A stretch of DNA of 60,144 bases, counting the filler, from Sphacelaria rigidula (taxonomy: Eukaryota): assembly GCA_964200075.2 (NCBI GenBank). It is 7 parts of 7 records of this genome, joined end to end, with 100 filler letters (N's around TTAATTAATTAA, not from the genome) between each part and the next. Parts side by side here need not be neighbours in the genome. Positions count along the whole stretch, not along the records: positions 34,428 to 42,933 come from CAXNAA020010942.1; positions 43,034 to 51,539 come from CAXNAA020010943.1; 5 more parts are not named here. One strand, given 5' to 3'. Shown here one piece after another: positions 36,236 through 49,419 of the stretch. The notes under the pieces were generated by a model. It did no database searches. It saw nothing but the letters and a program-made list of their open reading frames with translations, and was not told the origin of the DNA. Numbering within the stretch: the first letter of the stretch is position 1; every line of letters starts with the position of its first letter. The position numbers were made by a program, and so were the translations under genes.

Positions 36236-37648
36236 TCGTGTTGCATCCGTCGTTACATGATAGCCGTGGCGTCTCTTCAGCAAAATGGGCGATGTCGTAC
36301 AGACAGGACGATACACACGTGCGTGGCAATGTAGATAGAGGGAAGTCCAACTAAAATACACAGGACAGCACAAAGCTATACAATACAGTGCATGCAGTGT
36401 CTTCGTCTCCCGCCCCGCCCCTCCCGCGCTGTGTGTGTCCCTTTGTCCATGGGTATCACTAAAGGACCAAATTCCATCAAACCTCCGGAGAGCGTGACGC
36501 CTTTCTGTCGCCACCTATAAATTTCATCATTTTGACCACCAGGGTGGGTCACGTGGGTCTTGCACTCATTTGTCAAGTGAATATTATGCCGAAACAACAG
36601 AGAATTCACCCCGCGGGTGACACGTGCTTCATGGACTTTCAAACAAAGGATATGTGCTATAGAGATGGCGTGGCGAACATGACGGTATCGAGGTACAATG
36701 CAGCATAGCTGTACAGTTGTCTGTCGCGGATATAGCGTTAAAATGTGGGTCGGATACGGTAGGTATTTTCAATTTTTAATACGATTTGTATCTGGGATGG
36801 TGTGAAGTGAAAGCTTGGAAATGGAGGGCGCAGGCGGCGTCGGCAAAATTCTGTCAAAATGAACCCGTCATGATGAATCGTTTTTCTGTCACTGTGCGGT
36901 GTTGTTGGAAGGTGGACACATGAGGGGGCGAGGATAAGCCATAACTTAGACGGTGTATATAACTACTGCCGTGCTGTAGTGCAACAGCGACTGTACATGG
37001 ACGTACTGACTGTCGTACTGGAGTACTACAATATCTAAATCTGGACACGCGTGACTGAATGACATGACTGACCCCTGAGTACCCATCCCAGCCCGAGCAA
37101 CATGCAGGCATTGAAAGCAAACACGCCTCAGCAATACATCTATACTTATGTTTCTCGAAAGCTTTTCCGCTGAGGCGTATATGCATACTATAATAATAAC
37201 TTGAATTTCACTGTGTTCGTTCACAAAGCGGTAGTTCTGCTACCTTCATGATGTGTACGACCTGTAGGCGTGCACTATACATGGATGGGAAAAAGCGAGC
37301 ATATAGTTTTTTAGCTTTGAAACGATCAACAGTTTTATATTTTCCAGGTCGCAGTGGGTTGTCATCGAGACAAAAGGAAGTCGGCCACCGAATGAGGAGT
37401 GTGGGCGATGAAAGAGAGTACGACATCATGTTACTGTCCATTTGTACTACTGCACTGTACTGAGGGTTGGTTTTGGTGGCTCCTATTGAGAGGGTAAAAA
37501 TGTGATCCACGTCATCCCTGTTGGGGTGCCCTGTATTTTGTGGATCCGGTGCTCCTGTAAACCACATGTTTATCTCGACAGTTCCTCCGCTCAGGGGTGT
37601 GTGTGGAGAAAAAACGGTAAACGACTTGATGTTTCTGTTTGTATATCG

Positions 37649-38121
37649 CTCAGATGCAACAGTATACATAACACTCTGCATGGCTACTGCAAGGCAGAGG
37701 TATATAACGGCTGCTTCCATGACACAGGCTTGCCCTACTCCCAGGCGAAAGGGGGGTTTGCTCTTTCTGCTTCACCCCTAGAGAGAATCGTGGGCGTGGG
37801 TGTCGTACTGTGTCCTGTACCGTGTTGGGCTCTACGAATGAACATCCTTCTTGCCCAGATCATGAAAAGTCTGCGGTCTCGCGTGTGCAGTGTAGTTCAT
37901 CACTCAGATGCAACAATAAACATAACACTCTGCATGGCTGAGGAACAGGTATATATATGACGGCTGCTTCCATGGCACGGGCTTGCCCTACTCCCAGGCG
38001 AAAGGGGGGTTTGCTCTTTCTGCTTCACCCCTAGAGAGAATCGTGGGCGTGGGTCCTGTACCGTGTTGGGCTCTACGAATGAACATCCTTCTTGCGCATG
38101 TCATGAAAAGTCTGCGGTCTC
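37649..38121. repeat. ~254-bp tandem duplication
   Basis: ctcagatgcaaca...catgaaaagtctgcggtctcg repeats at 37649 and 37903. Confidence 0.9.
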
Positions 38122-39277
38122 GTTCTTTGGTGAGTCTTCACACATGAACAGAAGTCCTCACAAATCAACAGCTTGTGTACAACAGCACAGTAATACGGAA
38201 GTGGTCCTATTTTTCGCATGGCAAGGGTTTTTTTTTCTGCTCTACCCCCCGTTGCCCCTCTGCCCAACAGAGAATCCCAGAAGAGAGGCATGGGGGGTGG
38301 GTATTTTACCGTGTGGCGATGAAAAGATGGTGCACCATTGTACAGTGTATAAAACGGCTGCACTGACTCTCTGTGCGTTTTCTCGGCGAAACATGTCAAC
38401 TCTTTTTTTTTCGCGCTCTCGCAGTAGTACCGTGACGCTGATCTGGGCGATCCCGCAAGAGATGTCAGCAAGCTGGTCAAGTTCGCTGTGTATGCAGCAA
38501 TTACCCTTCCTGTGCTGTAGTGTTGACTTGTACATGAATCAGGAGGGAGGGAGGGGCTGGTGGGTTGCAAAAACATGTGAAAATGTCGTCCGGGGGCGAG
38601 GATGAGCCACAAGCCATTGTGTGTCTATTATACTGTTCATACGCAGTCCCATTATCGTACATATGAAATTCCTGCACTGACTCTCTGGAAAGGATGTCAG
38701 CAAGCTGCTTTGTATGCGGTAATTTATTACCCTTCTTGTGCTACAGTTTTGTTTGTCATACAGATAGTAGAGGTACTGTACACGCTCTCGTCCTTTAGTG
38801 CTCTCGCCATACAATTGATCATCTCATCCTGTAGGGAGCTACCGTACCCTGATCATCCGATCCCGTGCAAGGAGCTTCTACACTGTACATACTGTACTGT
38901 ACCGTATGGTGCTTCTTGTACAATACATTTGATAAAAGCCTCTGCAGTTCACGTGAGGCAATACCTCCTCTCTCAGTAAAATACTGGATTACTGTGCACG
39001 GGTGCATTTCGTCGTATCGGTGCTGTACACATCACGGGGTTTTCAAATTCCATGGGGATCGATAAAACTTGACCTTTCGGGCACGGATTATCTTTCGACC
39101 TGGTTCTGCAGGATGTGAGAGAGGAGTGACAATGTTGTCGTCTTCAGTCTGAGTCTGGTATAAAGTACTGTTTCGAAAAGGACCATTTGTGCCTTGGCTA
39201 CAGTATGGGTTAACCGGACACCCTCGTACTGGTTGGCAGTGTGGGATCTGGCGACATTACGCTATTAATAAATAAGA

Positions 39278-39420
39278 CTAGTGGTAAGCCACGGCTGACG
39301 CGCGTGGCAGCAGTGCCGCAGGTATCAACACGATGGGTCTCATNNNNNNNNNNTGACCCCGACATTCTCCAATATTCATCAGTAGCATCAAATAAGAACT
39401 TCTAACCCCACGGCTACCCG
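39278..39420 (-). mobile_element. Helitron-like 3' terminus, copy 2
   Basis: Perfect GCCACG...CGTGGC hairpin 6 nt before a terminal CTAG followed by T on the - strand. Also shares a cccca(c)ggcta segment with copy 1. Confidence 0.6.
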
Positions 39421-39589
39421 TAGCCACTACGAAAGAAGGCTGACCGTGTTGGCGCCAACACGACAGCGCTACATTCATGGAGAGCCTATCCTGAAGAAGC
39501 AATAAGGAACAAACTGATTAGGATAGCGCCCCGTCTCTCATCCCCCCACCGGAGGTACGGTAGTATGTCGTCAACGCATCCCTTTGACC

Positions 39590-39700
39590 CACGGGTGGCC
39601 ACTTGGGTGCCTGCAACCTCAAATTTGGACGTTACAGACCTTGTGCAACGTCTGTAACGTTCAAAGTTTGAGGTTGCAGGCACCCCAGTGGCCACCCGTG
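39590..39700. mobile_element. 111-bp hairpin MITE with CACGGG...CCCGTG termini
   Basis: ~50-bp inverted arms around a 10-nt loop, flanked by CC on both sides. Confidence 0.8.
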
Positions 39701-41932
39701 CCATTTATGTTGTGGTGGTGACCCATCAGATTTTTGTTGTCCCCATCGCAAGTTTGCGAAGGGCCTGTCTTCGCACTTTTCTTCTCGATCGAGAGAATGA
39801 GGCGGTGGGATCAATCTGAGCGAAATATTCTTGTTTCGATGCAGTTGGGTCCCGATGGATTTTCAAGCTTTCGATCGAAAAAAGACTGAAATTCGTGAAA
39901 CGGTACACGGTCACTCGTGCTGCTTGCAAGTAGTGTGTCTTACGTGCGTGTGTGCGTGTTTCATGCAAGAGAAAATGAAGGAGAAGCGAACAAGGTACAG
40001 TGCAGACAGGCCAGGACTATCAGTTCTCTCTGCTTACAGTGCGACGTGGAAAGAACGTCAGCAACGTGCAGCTTTTTACTGCCTGCACTGTCCATGAGCG
40101 TGCACGCAACTCGGTTGCCCACCGTACCACGCAGTTCCGTCCCTCATGCCTTCCATCAGAGAAGATGCGCAAGTTTTCGCCAACAAAGAATACACGAAGC
40201 ACATCCAACTACTGTAGTGTATCTATCCCTGTGCTCAACTCGTGCTCTAGTCTATGCTGCAGGGTTGCGGTGGTAGCTGAGAATGAGTTGGATGGAGTTT
40301 GCATGGTCCTGTGAACAGGTGTTATTTGGCGTGGTGGTCTGTAAGATAGGAGTTAGTCCCTCTGGAGGAAACAAAAAATGTTCTGCTGGAGGGCCGCGCA
40401 CCCCTCCGGAGGCGGTTAATGCCTCTGAAGGCTCCATCAGTTGACCGTCCTGGAGGAATTTCGGGTGTAGCTAAATGGCCGCGTATGTGATTGCCCCGAC
40501 AACTATCCGTTTTCAGTCTGATCGAAAAGCATTTTTGTCCAGAATAGGGTTACACACTACTGTATCACGGCAGGCCTTCGCTGACCCTCACAAAATAAGC
40601 CATTGATCTACTACACGAAAAAATATGTCCCGTACACCTATGCCCCCGCCCTCCTACCCCCCTGGAGGACCGAAAAAAACATCGGTATACGTTTTTCCGT
40701 TCTTCCACCTGTATCATGCAAGTTAAGCCTCAACCACGAACCTAGTACTCACGGCTCTTACTTGTTGGGGACACCTGCGTGCTGCTGTGAGTTGGTTGAC
40801 TTGGCTTCATCTGACGGTGGTTTTGGTTGGAGACAATCCCCGACCTTGGAGACAATCCCTGACCAAGACCACCCCCTCCGGAAACCTCAGACAAAAGTTG
40901 CAAGAGAACAGCCATAACTCGCATCTAAGAAGCTGCTTGGGTAAATCGGTCATGACAAAAGGAACCTATCTATGATGAGCACCCTCGTCGCCAGTTCCTG
41001 TTTAAATGCAGTTCCAGTTTGATCGACAGTATAAATTGGTCCAGTCAACAGCTCTGACATACCTTCTTTTCCACTCTTCCTCTTTTCTTGACTCATTTCT
41101 CATGGTATTATTTGTATTCACTCTTTTTTATTTAAGTCATCTCTATTTTTGGTGCATCCACATTATTTTATTATTTTATTTTATTTTCATTTACTCTGTT
41201 TATTTCAACATTTACGTTTCTGCACCTCCGTATCAGGGGGGTATGTGGACCGCATACTACCCCGCGCACACATATAAAAGGGAGGTACGCCACCTCCGAC
41301 GCTCCCTAATTTTGTATAGAGCTTAGTATGCGATCGTTTTATGGGAGGTTGTATGGCGTTTGAGGAGGGGGGGGAATATGGTCTAGTATCCTACCCCGTT
41401 CCTGATGGGTAAAACAAATAGAAGGGTTCATGATATGGGTGTGCGGGAAGAATTTTTCGTGCGCCCCTACATTGATCATTATAATATTGCATTTCAATCA
41501 AGTAGAATCAACCTTAGTTGGTTAGGACTCTTGTTATGGAAGGGGATTACTCCCTTTTCGAAAATCTCCTTCCGAGAAGCGATCGCTGATTGGGTGCCGA
41601 GGGCAAATGCAAAGGCTTACCACACAACCCAACACAATCAGGACTATACCTGTGGAACGCTGCGGTCACCACAACAATTGTATTGCGAGAAATATTCGCA
41701 ATGATGCTGTATCGTCTGGACAAGTGCATATCTAAAAAAACATACTCAGTCTGTACACACGAAAGCAACGGGGTTTCCTGCCTGTCAGTCATCTACTATA
41801 AGTTGAAGGGTTGTTGGTGGTGGTTAGTCCCTGTGTGTGAGCTGTCGCTGTGCGTGTCGTTATGATACGTCGTCTCTGTTGTGTGGGGGTAAATTCAAAA
41901 ACGTGTTCGTCCAACCGGCGCGTCTGCTGAAA

Positions 41933-41996
41933 CATGCTGGGGAACTGGTTCTACATGCTGGGAAGTTGGTTCTACATGCTGGGGAATTGGTTCTAC
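41933..41996. repeat. 21-bp minisatellite, three copies
   Basis: catgctggggaactggttcta and two close variants. Confidence 0.9.
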
Positions 41997-42364
41997 TGTA
42001 GAGGCAGATTCGTATGCACCGCGTGTTCAGGCAGGTACACTGAGGGCGTGAAATTCACATACGGCATTGCGAGACAAAGCGCGAAGCTTGCCTGCGGCAA
42101 ACCTCAGAAAACGTAAGAGAGTATGCATGTCGAACGGTACAAATAAAACCCCGGTGTTTGCTGAACGCTATCCTTCATGGCGAAGAGAAGCGCTGAGTTT
42201 GGGACGGTAGGGTGTAAGCTGCTGGTGAGCATCGATGCGAGCAGTCGATGGGCATGGCGTGCTGGAAATTAGTCGGTGGGAAGTGTGGATGCAATCAATG
42301 ACGGTTTGTCGTGATGTACAGTAATTTGGTTACTACAGGAGGAAAATTCCAGTGCTTGCAAAGA

Positions 42365-42910
42365 ATCACTCCTGTACTGCACTGTCTTATATCAACGAAT
42401 GACCATAGCCATAGTACAGCGCAGGGTGTTGCCAGTAATGTGAAAGGAACAGGGCATGTCTTTGGCTTGGTTTTCGTCCGCTCGTCCGCTCGTCCGTGGC
42501 AGGCTGCAGCATGTCTTGTAACTGTTCGCTTTTTTTGGAACCAGTACTTCATTTGCAATGGGTCTTCAGCAGCATGGCATGCCACATCGCTCTGTTGGCT
42601 TTCAGTGCTTGTGAAGAACAACACGTGGTCACTCCTGTACTGCACTGTTTTATATCAACGAATGACCATAGCCATAGTACAGTGCAGGGTATCGCTAGTA
42701 ATGTGAAAGGGACAGGTACATGTTTTTGGCTTTGTTTTCGTCCGCTCTTCCGTGGCAGGCTGCATGTCTTGTTACTGTTCGTTTTTATGGGAATCAGTAC
42801 TTCATTTGCGATGGGTCTTCAGCAGCATGGCAGGCCACACCACTCTGTTGGCTTTCAGGGCTTGCAAAGAACAACACGTGGTCACTCCTGTACTGCACTG
42901 TTTTATATCA
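42365..42910. repeat. ~260-bp tandem repeat (2 units plus the start of a third)
   Basis: tcactcctgtactgcactg at 42365, 42629 and ~42882, with homologous intervening sequence. Confidence 0.9.
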
Positions 42911-42933
42911 TTGAAAGCCTACACCCATGTACA

Positions 42934-43033
42934 NNNNNNNNNNNNNNNNNNNNNNNNNNNNNNNNNNNNNNNNNNNNTTAATTAATTAANNNNNNNNNNN
43001 NNNNNNNNNNNNNNNNNNNNNNNNNNNNNNNNN
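42934..43033. other. Artificial contig spacer
   Basis: 44 N + TTAATTAATTAA + 44 N. Confidence 0.99.
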
Positions 43034-44096
43034 ACAGATATGCCACTTCAGCCCCATATTTTGTTTGAACCCCAAAATATAAAATCGGCTGTTAGTTGTC
43101 GCCAACCCGACTCCGAAATTCTATGTTGAAGTAACGGTTGGTTTGATTGTGCAGCATCATATTCCGATCTTTACAGGGCCGGCAGCCCCAAGGACATACA
43201 TACACGCAGCGTGCTCAGCACGCGTTTTGGCTCAAATAGCCAAGACCGCCTTGTATGGCAACCAGATCAACTATCCGATCCTCTGGACGTTGACTGTCAG
43301 GTTCCTCAGAGCTAGGCGAAAAACATTGCCCACGGACGGAAATCCGAAAAAATCATCCACGGGAGAAGATCGGCTATTATAATAGACGGGCTGAAATTCT
43401 CATATTTGTACAAATACGGATTGGTTGCCATACGAAGCGGTCTAATTCCGCCAGTCTGAGCTCTGCCAACTTATTCGAGAGTTTCGGGAAGCGCTTGTTT
43501 GTCATCTCAGAGTGCAGATATCTCCGGATCAGAGTGTAACGCAAATTTATTTCCCCCTCCGCCGTCAAATATGTGGTATCCCCTCAACTTTTTTTTGATG
43601 TGGTGTTTTTTTTTTAATTCTGCACTCTGATCCTGCGACATTTGCACGCTAAAACGACAAAAAAAGCGGTTTCCGAAACTCTCTAATGTAAGCTTCGCCA
43701 AGGAAAACGCATGTATCCCTCATGCCCGAGGGTTCTCGGTTCGCCTCAGATTTAGGTTTGGGTTACGGGTAGCCTTCGGGTTTTACACGAGCGAAATTAC
43801 ATGTTCAAGCCATGAGTTTGGGAAGCCGGGTCGGGAATAACTCCCCGCAACTGTGTACTTTGCTGTATGTACTGCACTGTGTTCAGGTTCGAACATGGAA
43901 AACGAGTAGATGTAACAAGGGAAAACCGTACGAGCCCCGACCCAGATGCCGCTGTAGGGTATCTAGGGCGATGGGATTAAATATTTCGATGGAGGAAACG
44001 CGTGAAAATACGGAGGGAGGGGGGGGGGAAGGAGAGGAATCGCTTTCGTTGTGCATTACACCAGTAAATCTCCTGTTTCACGTGTCGAACCTACAT

Positions 44097-44788
44097 AACA
44101 CGGGATTTTACAAATTGGGGATGGATATTTTATTGGGGATAAGAAACCCGGAGAATCGAAATCTTGGTATCCATACGAGCCATCCTACGATAGGGAGGGG
44201 GGTATTTTGGGCCATTTGTTGCACGAAATTCCAGGCCAAATCTTCGTTAAAAGCAGCAACGGTTGCTCGGATAAGCTTGTTATAGATACGTGACGCTCAT
44301 TCATGCCGATTAACATCGTTTCGAACCAAATACAAGCGCACCGCGAGTGCGGTAGGCCGTCTGACACACTTATAAGCCTCTTTTTTCGTGCAACCAAATA
44401 CCCCCCCCCCCCTATCGTAGGATGACTCATACCAAATCTTCGACATATGGTTCTATTTCTCCACCTACTGATAGCTATTGACAACTGCTACACGCCATAT
44501 AACTTTGGATTTCGATCACCGAAATGTTGGGGTCCTAGGTGGAAAGCCAACTTCGGAACCATTTTGGCGTCCGTTCGGTCACACCCAAAATTGGTTTTTC
44601 ACCTAGGACCCCAATATTTCGGTTATTGAGATCCAAATTTGTATGACGTGTAGTAGTTGTCAAAAGCTCTCAGCAGGTAAAGAAATGGGACCATATTTCG
44701 AAGATTTGGTGTGGATACGAAGATTTTCATTCTCTGGGTTTCTCATCCCCGATAAAAGATCCATCCCCAATTTGTAAGATCCCGTGTT
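44097..44788. mobile_element. Fold-back MITE with (AA)CACGGG termini and ~200-bp inverted arms, interrupted by a nested MITE
   Basis: aacacgggattttacaaattggggatgg... is the reverse complement of ...ccatccccaatttgtaagatcccgtgtt. The arms continue to match after removing 44177-44432. A left end of the same family is at 17070-17114. Confidence 0.85.
44177..44428. mobile_element. 252-bp nested MITE with GAG...CTC termini and ATAC 4-bp TSD (Sola2-like signature)
   Basis: ATAC|gagccatcctacgataggg ... ccctatcgtaggatgactc|ATAC. Confidence 0.85.
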
Positions 44789-45131
44789 ACATCTCCCTTC
44801 TCACCGTGAGCATCTCACATGTATTCCTTTTGATCCTGCTTGCACAGAGGGCGTTTTCAAGGGGAATGTGGGGAAAGTTAGGTGTGTGGTTGGATATATG
44901 CAACTGTAGTAGGCAGGGCGAGGGTACCCGTGGACTTGAAGTCCGGATGCCCCGGCACAATTCCCCCCCTTCTCTGGGCGGGGGTACTCATGATCTTGCA
45001 TGCCGTAGTCGTTAGACCATTAACCCCGCAACTCTACAAAGTCGGAATGAAGTACGCCGCGTTTTCGCCGGACCAGGCTCGCAACCACCAAGCGTGAAGC
45101 GTCGTAATATGTTCGTCGAGTCGCGTAACAG

Positions 45132-45300
45132 GTGAGGTACATCCTGCCAATACTGGCCCGAAGCGTACTAGCTGTCTTGCATATGGATAACGGCCTTGAA
45201 CGAGTTGCTTCATTGTCTGGTATCATCACTCCCAGAGACAGCCACGGGCTACTTTGCCTCATGGGTGTGCCACATTTTAAAAACTGCGTCGTACGATCAT
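45132..45300 (+). pseudogene. Possible hAT transposase C-terminal dimerisation-domain remnant
   Basis: LPILARSVLAV...LERVASLSGIIT resembles the hAT motif LAR..LA...SS...ER.FS..G.I.T. Confidence 0.4.
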
Positions 45301-47445
45301 CCCCTTCGCGCGGAGTTGAGGTTCTCACCTCTGCACAATTGATCGAACTCGACGATCATCATGGTTACCGTAAAGACCTCCGGTAATAATTAGGTTGCGT
45401 AGCTCACAATGCAGTGAGTTGCGTATTTTACAACGTCCATACCGACCGACGCCAATCCTCAAAGGGGGGGGGGGGGGGGGGGGGGGGGGTTCTCCAACTT
45501 TCAGACACAAGGTGAGAGTCACGCCACGTTAAACGCCACGTTAGGGGTTGCAGAGTTGGGTCCAGATGTTTTCGATTGAGGGACTCCCAAAGTTGAGATT
45601 TACACAACAATATGGGTCAGGAAACTTCCGTTGGATACTCATTAGAGATTTCCTTGGCTCATTGGAACGCTAATAATCGTGGGGTGCTCTCATATACTCC
45701 ACAGCTTGTTTTTCGGATAAGATGAAGGCCCCTTAACAATTAAAGCCAGACAATTGGTTTGTGTACCCCCACACTAGCGTGACTTGTCACCCGCAAAAGT
45801 CGAAAATACTATACTAGAATCAACCAGGTACTGACTTCACATTGTGATCAAAGTTATAGTTTTTGTTTCTAGAGCGCACTGAGCTCGAGTAATTGAATAC
45901 CAAGGATAATCTACAATCAACAACGTTTTCGTGAGATTAAGAGTAGCGCGCTGATTGAGAGTGGCTTCGATAATTCGCTGTAACTTGGCCAATTTTTTAT
46001 TCCGTGTGTGTGTTTTTTTGCCTTCATCACTGCCGTGTGCTTACAGCTACTACATATTATATCGATATCCTACTCAGAGATATCAAGGGCCTCAGTGTCA
46101 AGCTACTACGGAAAGCATATTGGGCCTCGGGGAGGGGCATTTTGGAACTGAAACGATTCATTCACTAATTGACCACTTTTCACTCTCAATCGTATCCTCT
46201 ACTCTCAATGTCACGAAAACACTATTAATAGAGACTCGCCTTATTAATGCCAGCAGTAGAATGATTATGTTCAGCTACTATCGTAACAATCCCATACTGA
46301 ACCGAAGCACTGTAGATGCAAAAGTCACCCTGAAACCCAGTAGTCATTGATACAGTACCGACGGTAATAAATAGTTTTTCACAACACTGTAATCACGCAA
46401 TATTTCACACGCACTACGGATAGAGTATAGCGTCCTTTCAACATCATACTGTCACCAAGCACGTACTGCTGGGTAGGGGTATGAAACATGAATAGCCTGG
46501 ATCCGTTTTTGAGGTTCGACTTCTGGGTGAGGTTGAAGTCGCCATCGAAATTTCATTTGTTTCGTTCAATAGGTTCGGGATTCGCAAGTGGTTTCGGCCA
46601 TGTAACCCTAATCCAGAAGATTCTGTACGGTAGCCCAAGCATGGTGAACAGTTCAACAGAAAAGCGACCGTCACTGTGCGGCATTTTTTTAACAGGACGT
46701 GCCTCTAAGCGCGACGGAACACGTAACAAGGCGATGTCCCCGTCGCGCAACTGCCGCCGACGCAAGCACAGTGCTGTCCGTTTGCGTACATGCATAGTTT
46801 CGAAGTGGAGAGCAGGCAAAATATAGCAGCGAGGTAGTCAGCTGCTGTGCAGACAAGAGCGTGAGCTACCGCACCTCTGTACCGTCTACTAAGCTCCTGG
46901 CAGCCCCGGGGGGAATCACAGATACAGTCAATTGGGCGAAACGAGCAAAAACAAAACTGGACACACGCACACAACGAGAGATTGTGGAAACGCGCACGCT
47001 TGGCGTTGTTTCGCCAGTAGCGCCCATGAGAGGTGCTTCATCCAGTCTGAACCAGCTATCTCGCCTTGTATGGTCACTTTCTTCCTAGCAGAGTCAGGAA
47101 CTGGTGTCGGGGTGGGCTGCGTCGCTGTATCGAGATGGTTCCGACCCTTTTGTTTTTTTGACAACCCGCAGCACATCGGCAGATGAGGTAGCAAAAACTC
47201 CAGCACATACAGCCACCCCCCACCCGCCGTCATTTTCGTACCTTTACACAACAACTAAGTATATATATGCAGAAGATGTGCTTTATCACCTACTTGCAGT
47301 AGTGCCCAGCATTTCGTAGGAAAAGGTATGCGGGAGAGACACGGCTCCATCTATCCCGCCACCGGGTTGGCGAGCCTACCGCATGCGAAACTCCCCTAAA
47401 AATGCAATACCGTACAGTGTATTCTCAGGGTCAATTGTACGGTTT

Positions 47446-47827
47446 TTCGAAATAACCTCTCCTCTAGATCCCAAAGGGGATCTGAACTGCCTAGCGAAAT
47501 TTCTGGCACACTCCTTTCGGATATGATATGTGACAGCTGTGGGGGTACTTGGGGAACATCGCTCGAAATGAAACATGTGGAATAGTACTCAGGGGTGCTG
47601 TAGTTCGTCTTTCCCTGTTTAGAATCCAAATTTCATTGCTTGAACGGTTCATACCCGTTACAATGGACGACTGCATCCCAACAAAACCATTCGTCCCTTC
47701 AGGACTTTCCCTGCGCGCTAACCCTAACCCTCGCAGTTGTCACAAATCCTATCTGAAAGGAGTGTGCCAGCACTTTCGCTAGGCAGTTTAGACCTCCTTT
47801 GGGATCTAGAGGAGAGGTTATTTCGAA
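47446..47827. mobile_element. Fold-back/MITE-like element with ~95-bp inverted arms
   Basis: ttcgaaataacctctcctctagatcccaaagg...gtgacagctg is inverted at 47733-47827. Confidence 0.75.
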
Positions 47828-48005
47828 GATTGAGTCTTTGTAAATGTCGCCCGGCCTAATTACTGTTGTAAGTCGTTATAATTCCTCCATAATAGCGTAC
47901 ACGAACATGCCTTCCTCCACTATCCATAATCTTTTAGAGCTATTGTACGGTACAGGTCAGCACTATTACTACCACTGCTTCGATTACTACTGCTACTACT
48001 GTGGC

Positions 48006-48070
48006 GACGACGACAACAACAACCACAACGACAACAGCAACGGCAACAACAACGACAACAACGACGACGA
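48006..48070. repeat. Imperfect (AAC/GAC)n microsatellite
   Basis: Directly visible trinucleotide run. Confidence 0.85.
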
Positions 48071-49419
48071 TCAAGACTAATTTTTCTCGACAACCATATC
48101 GACAAACGGAACCGCAAAACCACCATCAGTTCCACCGCCCTGCTGCGGCTTGCTGCCTGCACCCTCCCCATCATGGCCGCCATTTGTACCACGTTTGCTG
48201 CGCCTCACGCTTCGCAGCGACCACCGCTCAGGAAACGGTACGTCAGGTTGCAGGTCAAAGGCTGATTCCCACGCCCGCGCCTCGATAGCTTTGCTAGCGG
48301 CAAGCTCGTTCTCCCAGCAAAGCTACTCATGAGCCTCCTTCAGCACCTCTATAACCCGTGCATCATGTTTTCATGCGCGGGAGGAGCAGCCAACGGAATC
48401 AAACAACGAGCTAGCTCTTCTGCTCCAACCATGTTGAATAGACGAGAGAGTAATGCCACGTCAGGGGTGCACAAAATATTTTCGAGGTTTGGGTTGGTGG
48501 GAGCCCTTTATCTCATGCCCAAAAAGACTAACGCGAATATCAGAGCGCGCCACGGTTAGCACTCCAATGATGAGCCAGGGACGTCTCGGACGGATTTTGA
48601 AACGAGGACTTCCTGACCCATATTTTGCGTACCCCGCAATAATACTCGTAGGAGCCTCAAAATGAGAACGATCTGGGCACAAATGTACAACTCCTACGGA
48701 GGCATACCTCGAGAGCAATCTTCACCCGATGCTCCGCAAGGGTCTTTTTCCATCATCAGGTGAAGCTTCCTTTTGTCCTTCAACAATCTCAATTCGACGT
48801 CTTTTATTGACGCCCCTAGGAAGCCATGGGGGAGCTGAGTTGCAGTGGGGTGGCAAAAACCTTCAACCACTTAGTGGGCACTTCGACCTGTGTATGCCAA
48901 ACGGCTGTCACGCGTGCGCGCACGTATTTACGTCGCATTTAGACACGTATTTTTTCACTCAAGAACGACACGCGGCAGCATTCACGGGGAGGTATTGACT
49001 TCATCTTACCGTGCGAAAAAAAACAACGTTCGCCCTTCCGAAGCATGCGCGTCAGCCTATACTTCATTAGCCGTATCGACCATGCGCATACTATCAGGTA
49101 GTTCGGATGCCACGATCCCCCCCCCCCCCCCCTCCTCCGTCTTCTGCGGGATGAAGCAAATATGGGTAGGGGTAAAGGGGATACTGTACTGGGCAAACAG
49201 GCAGGAGAGATAGACAAGGAAAGTCCCACATCAAGTGCACACAACGGTAGGATGGTGAGTAGTTCAAAATGGAAAAGATATGTACTGGGAAACACCAACG
49301 ACTAGCAAGCGGTTCGACACGGAATGCGAGAAAGAAATCAACACGCGGGCAGAGGCAAATGTAGAGACGTCGAAACGGAAAGGTAGCGGTTCAAAATAAT
49401 CGCAGAGAGAGTTGTCAAA

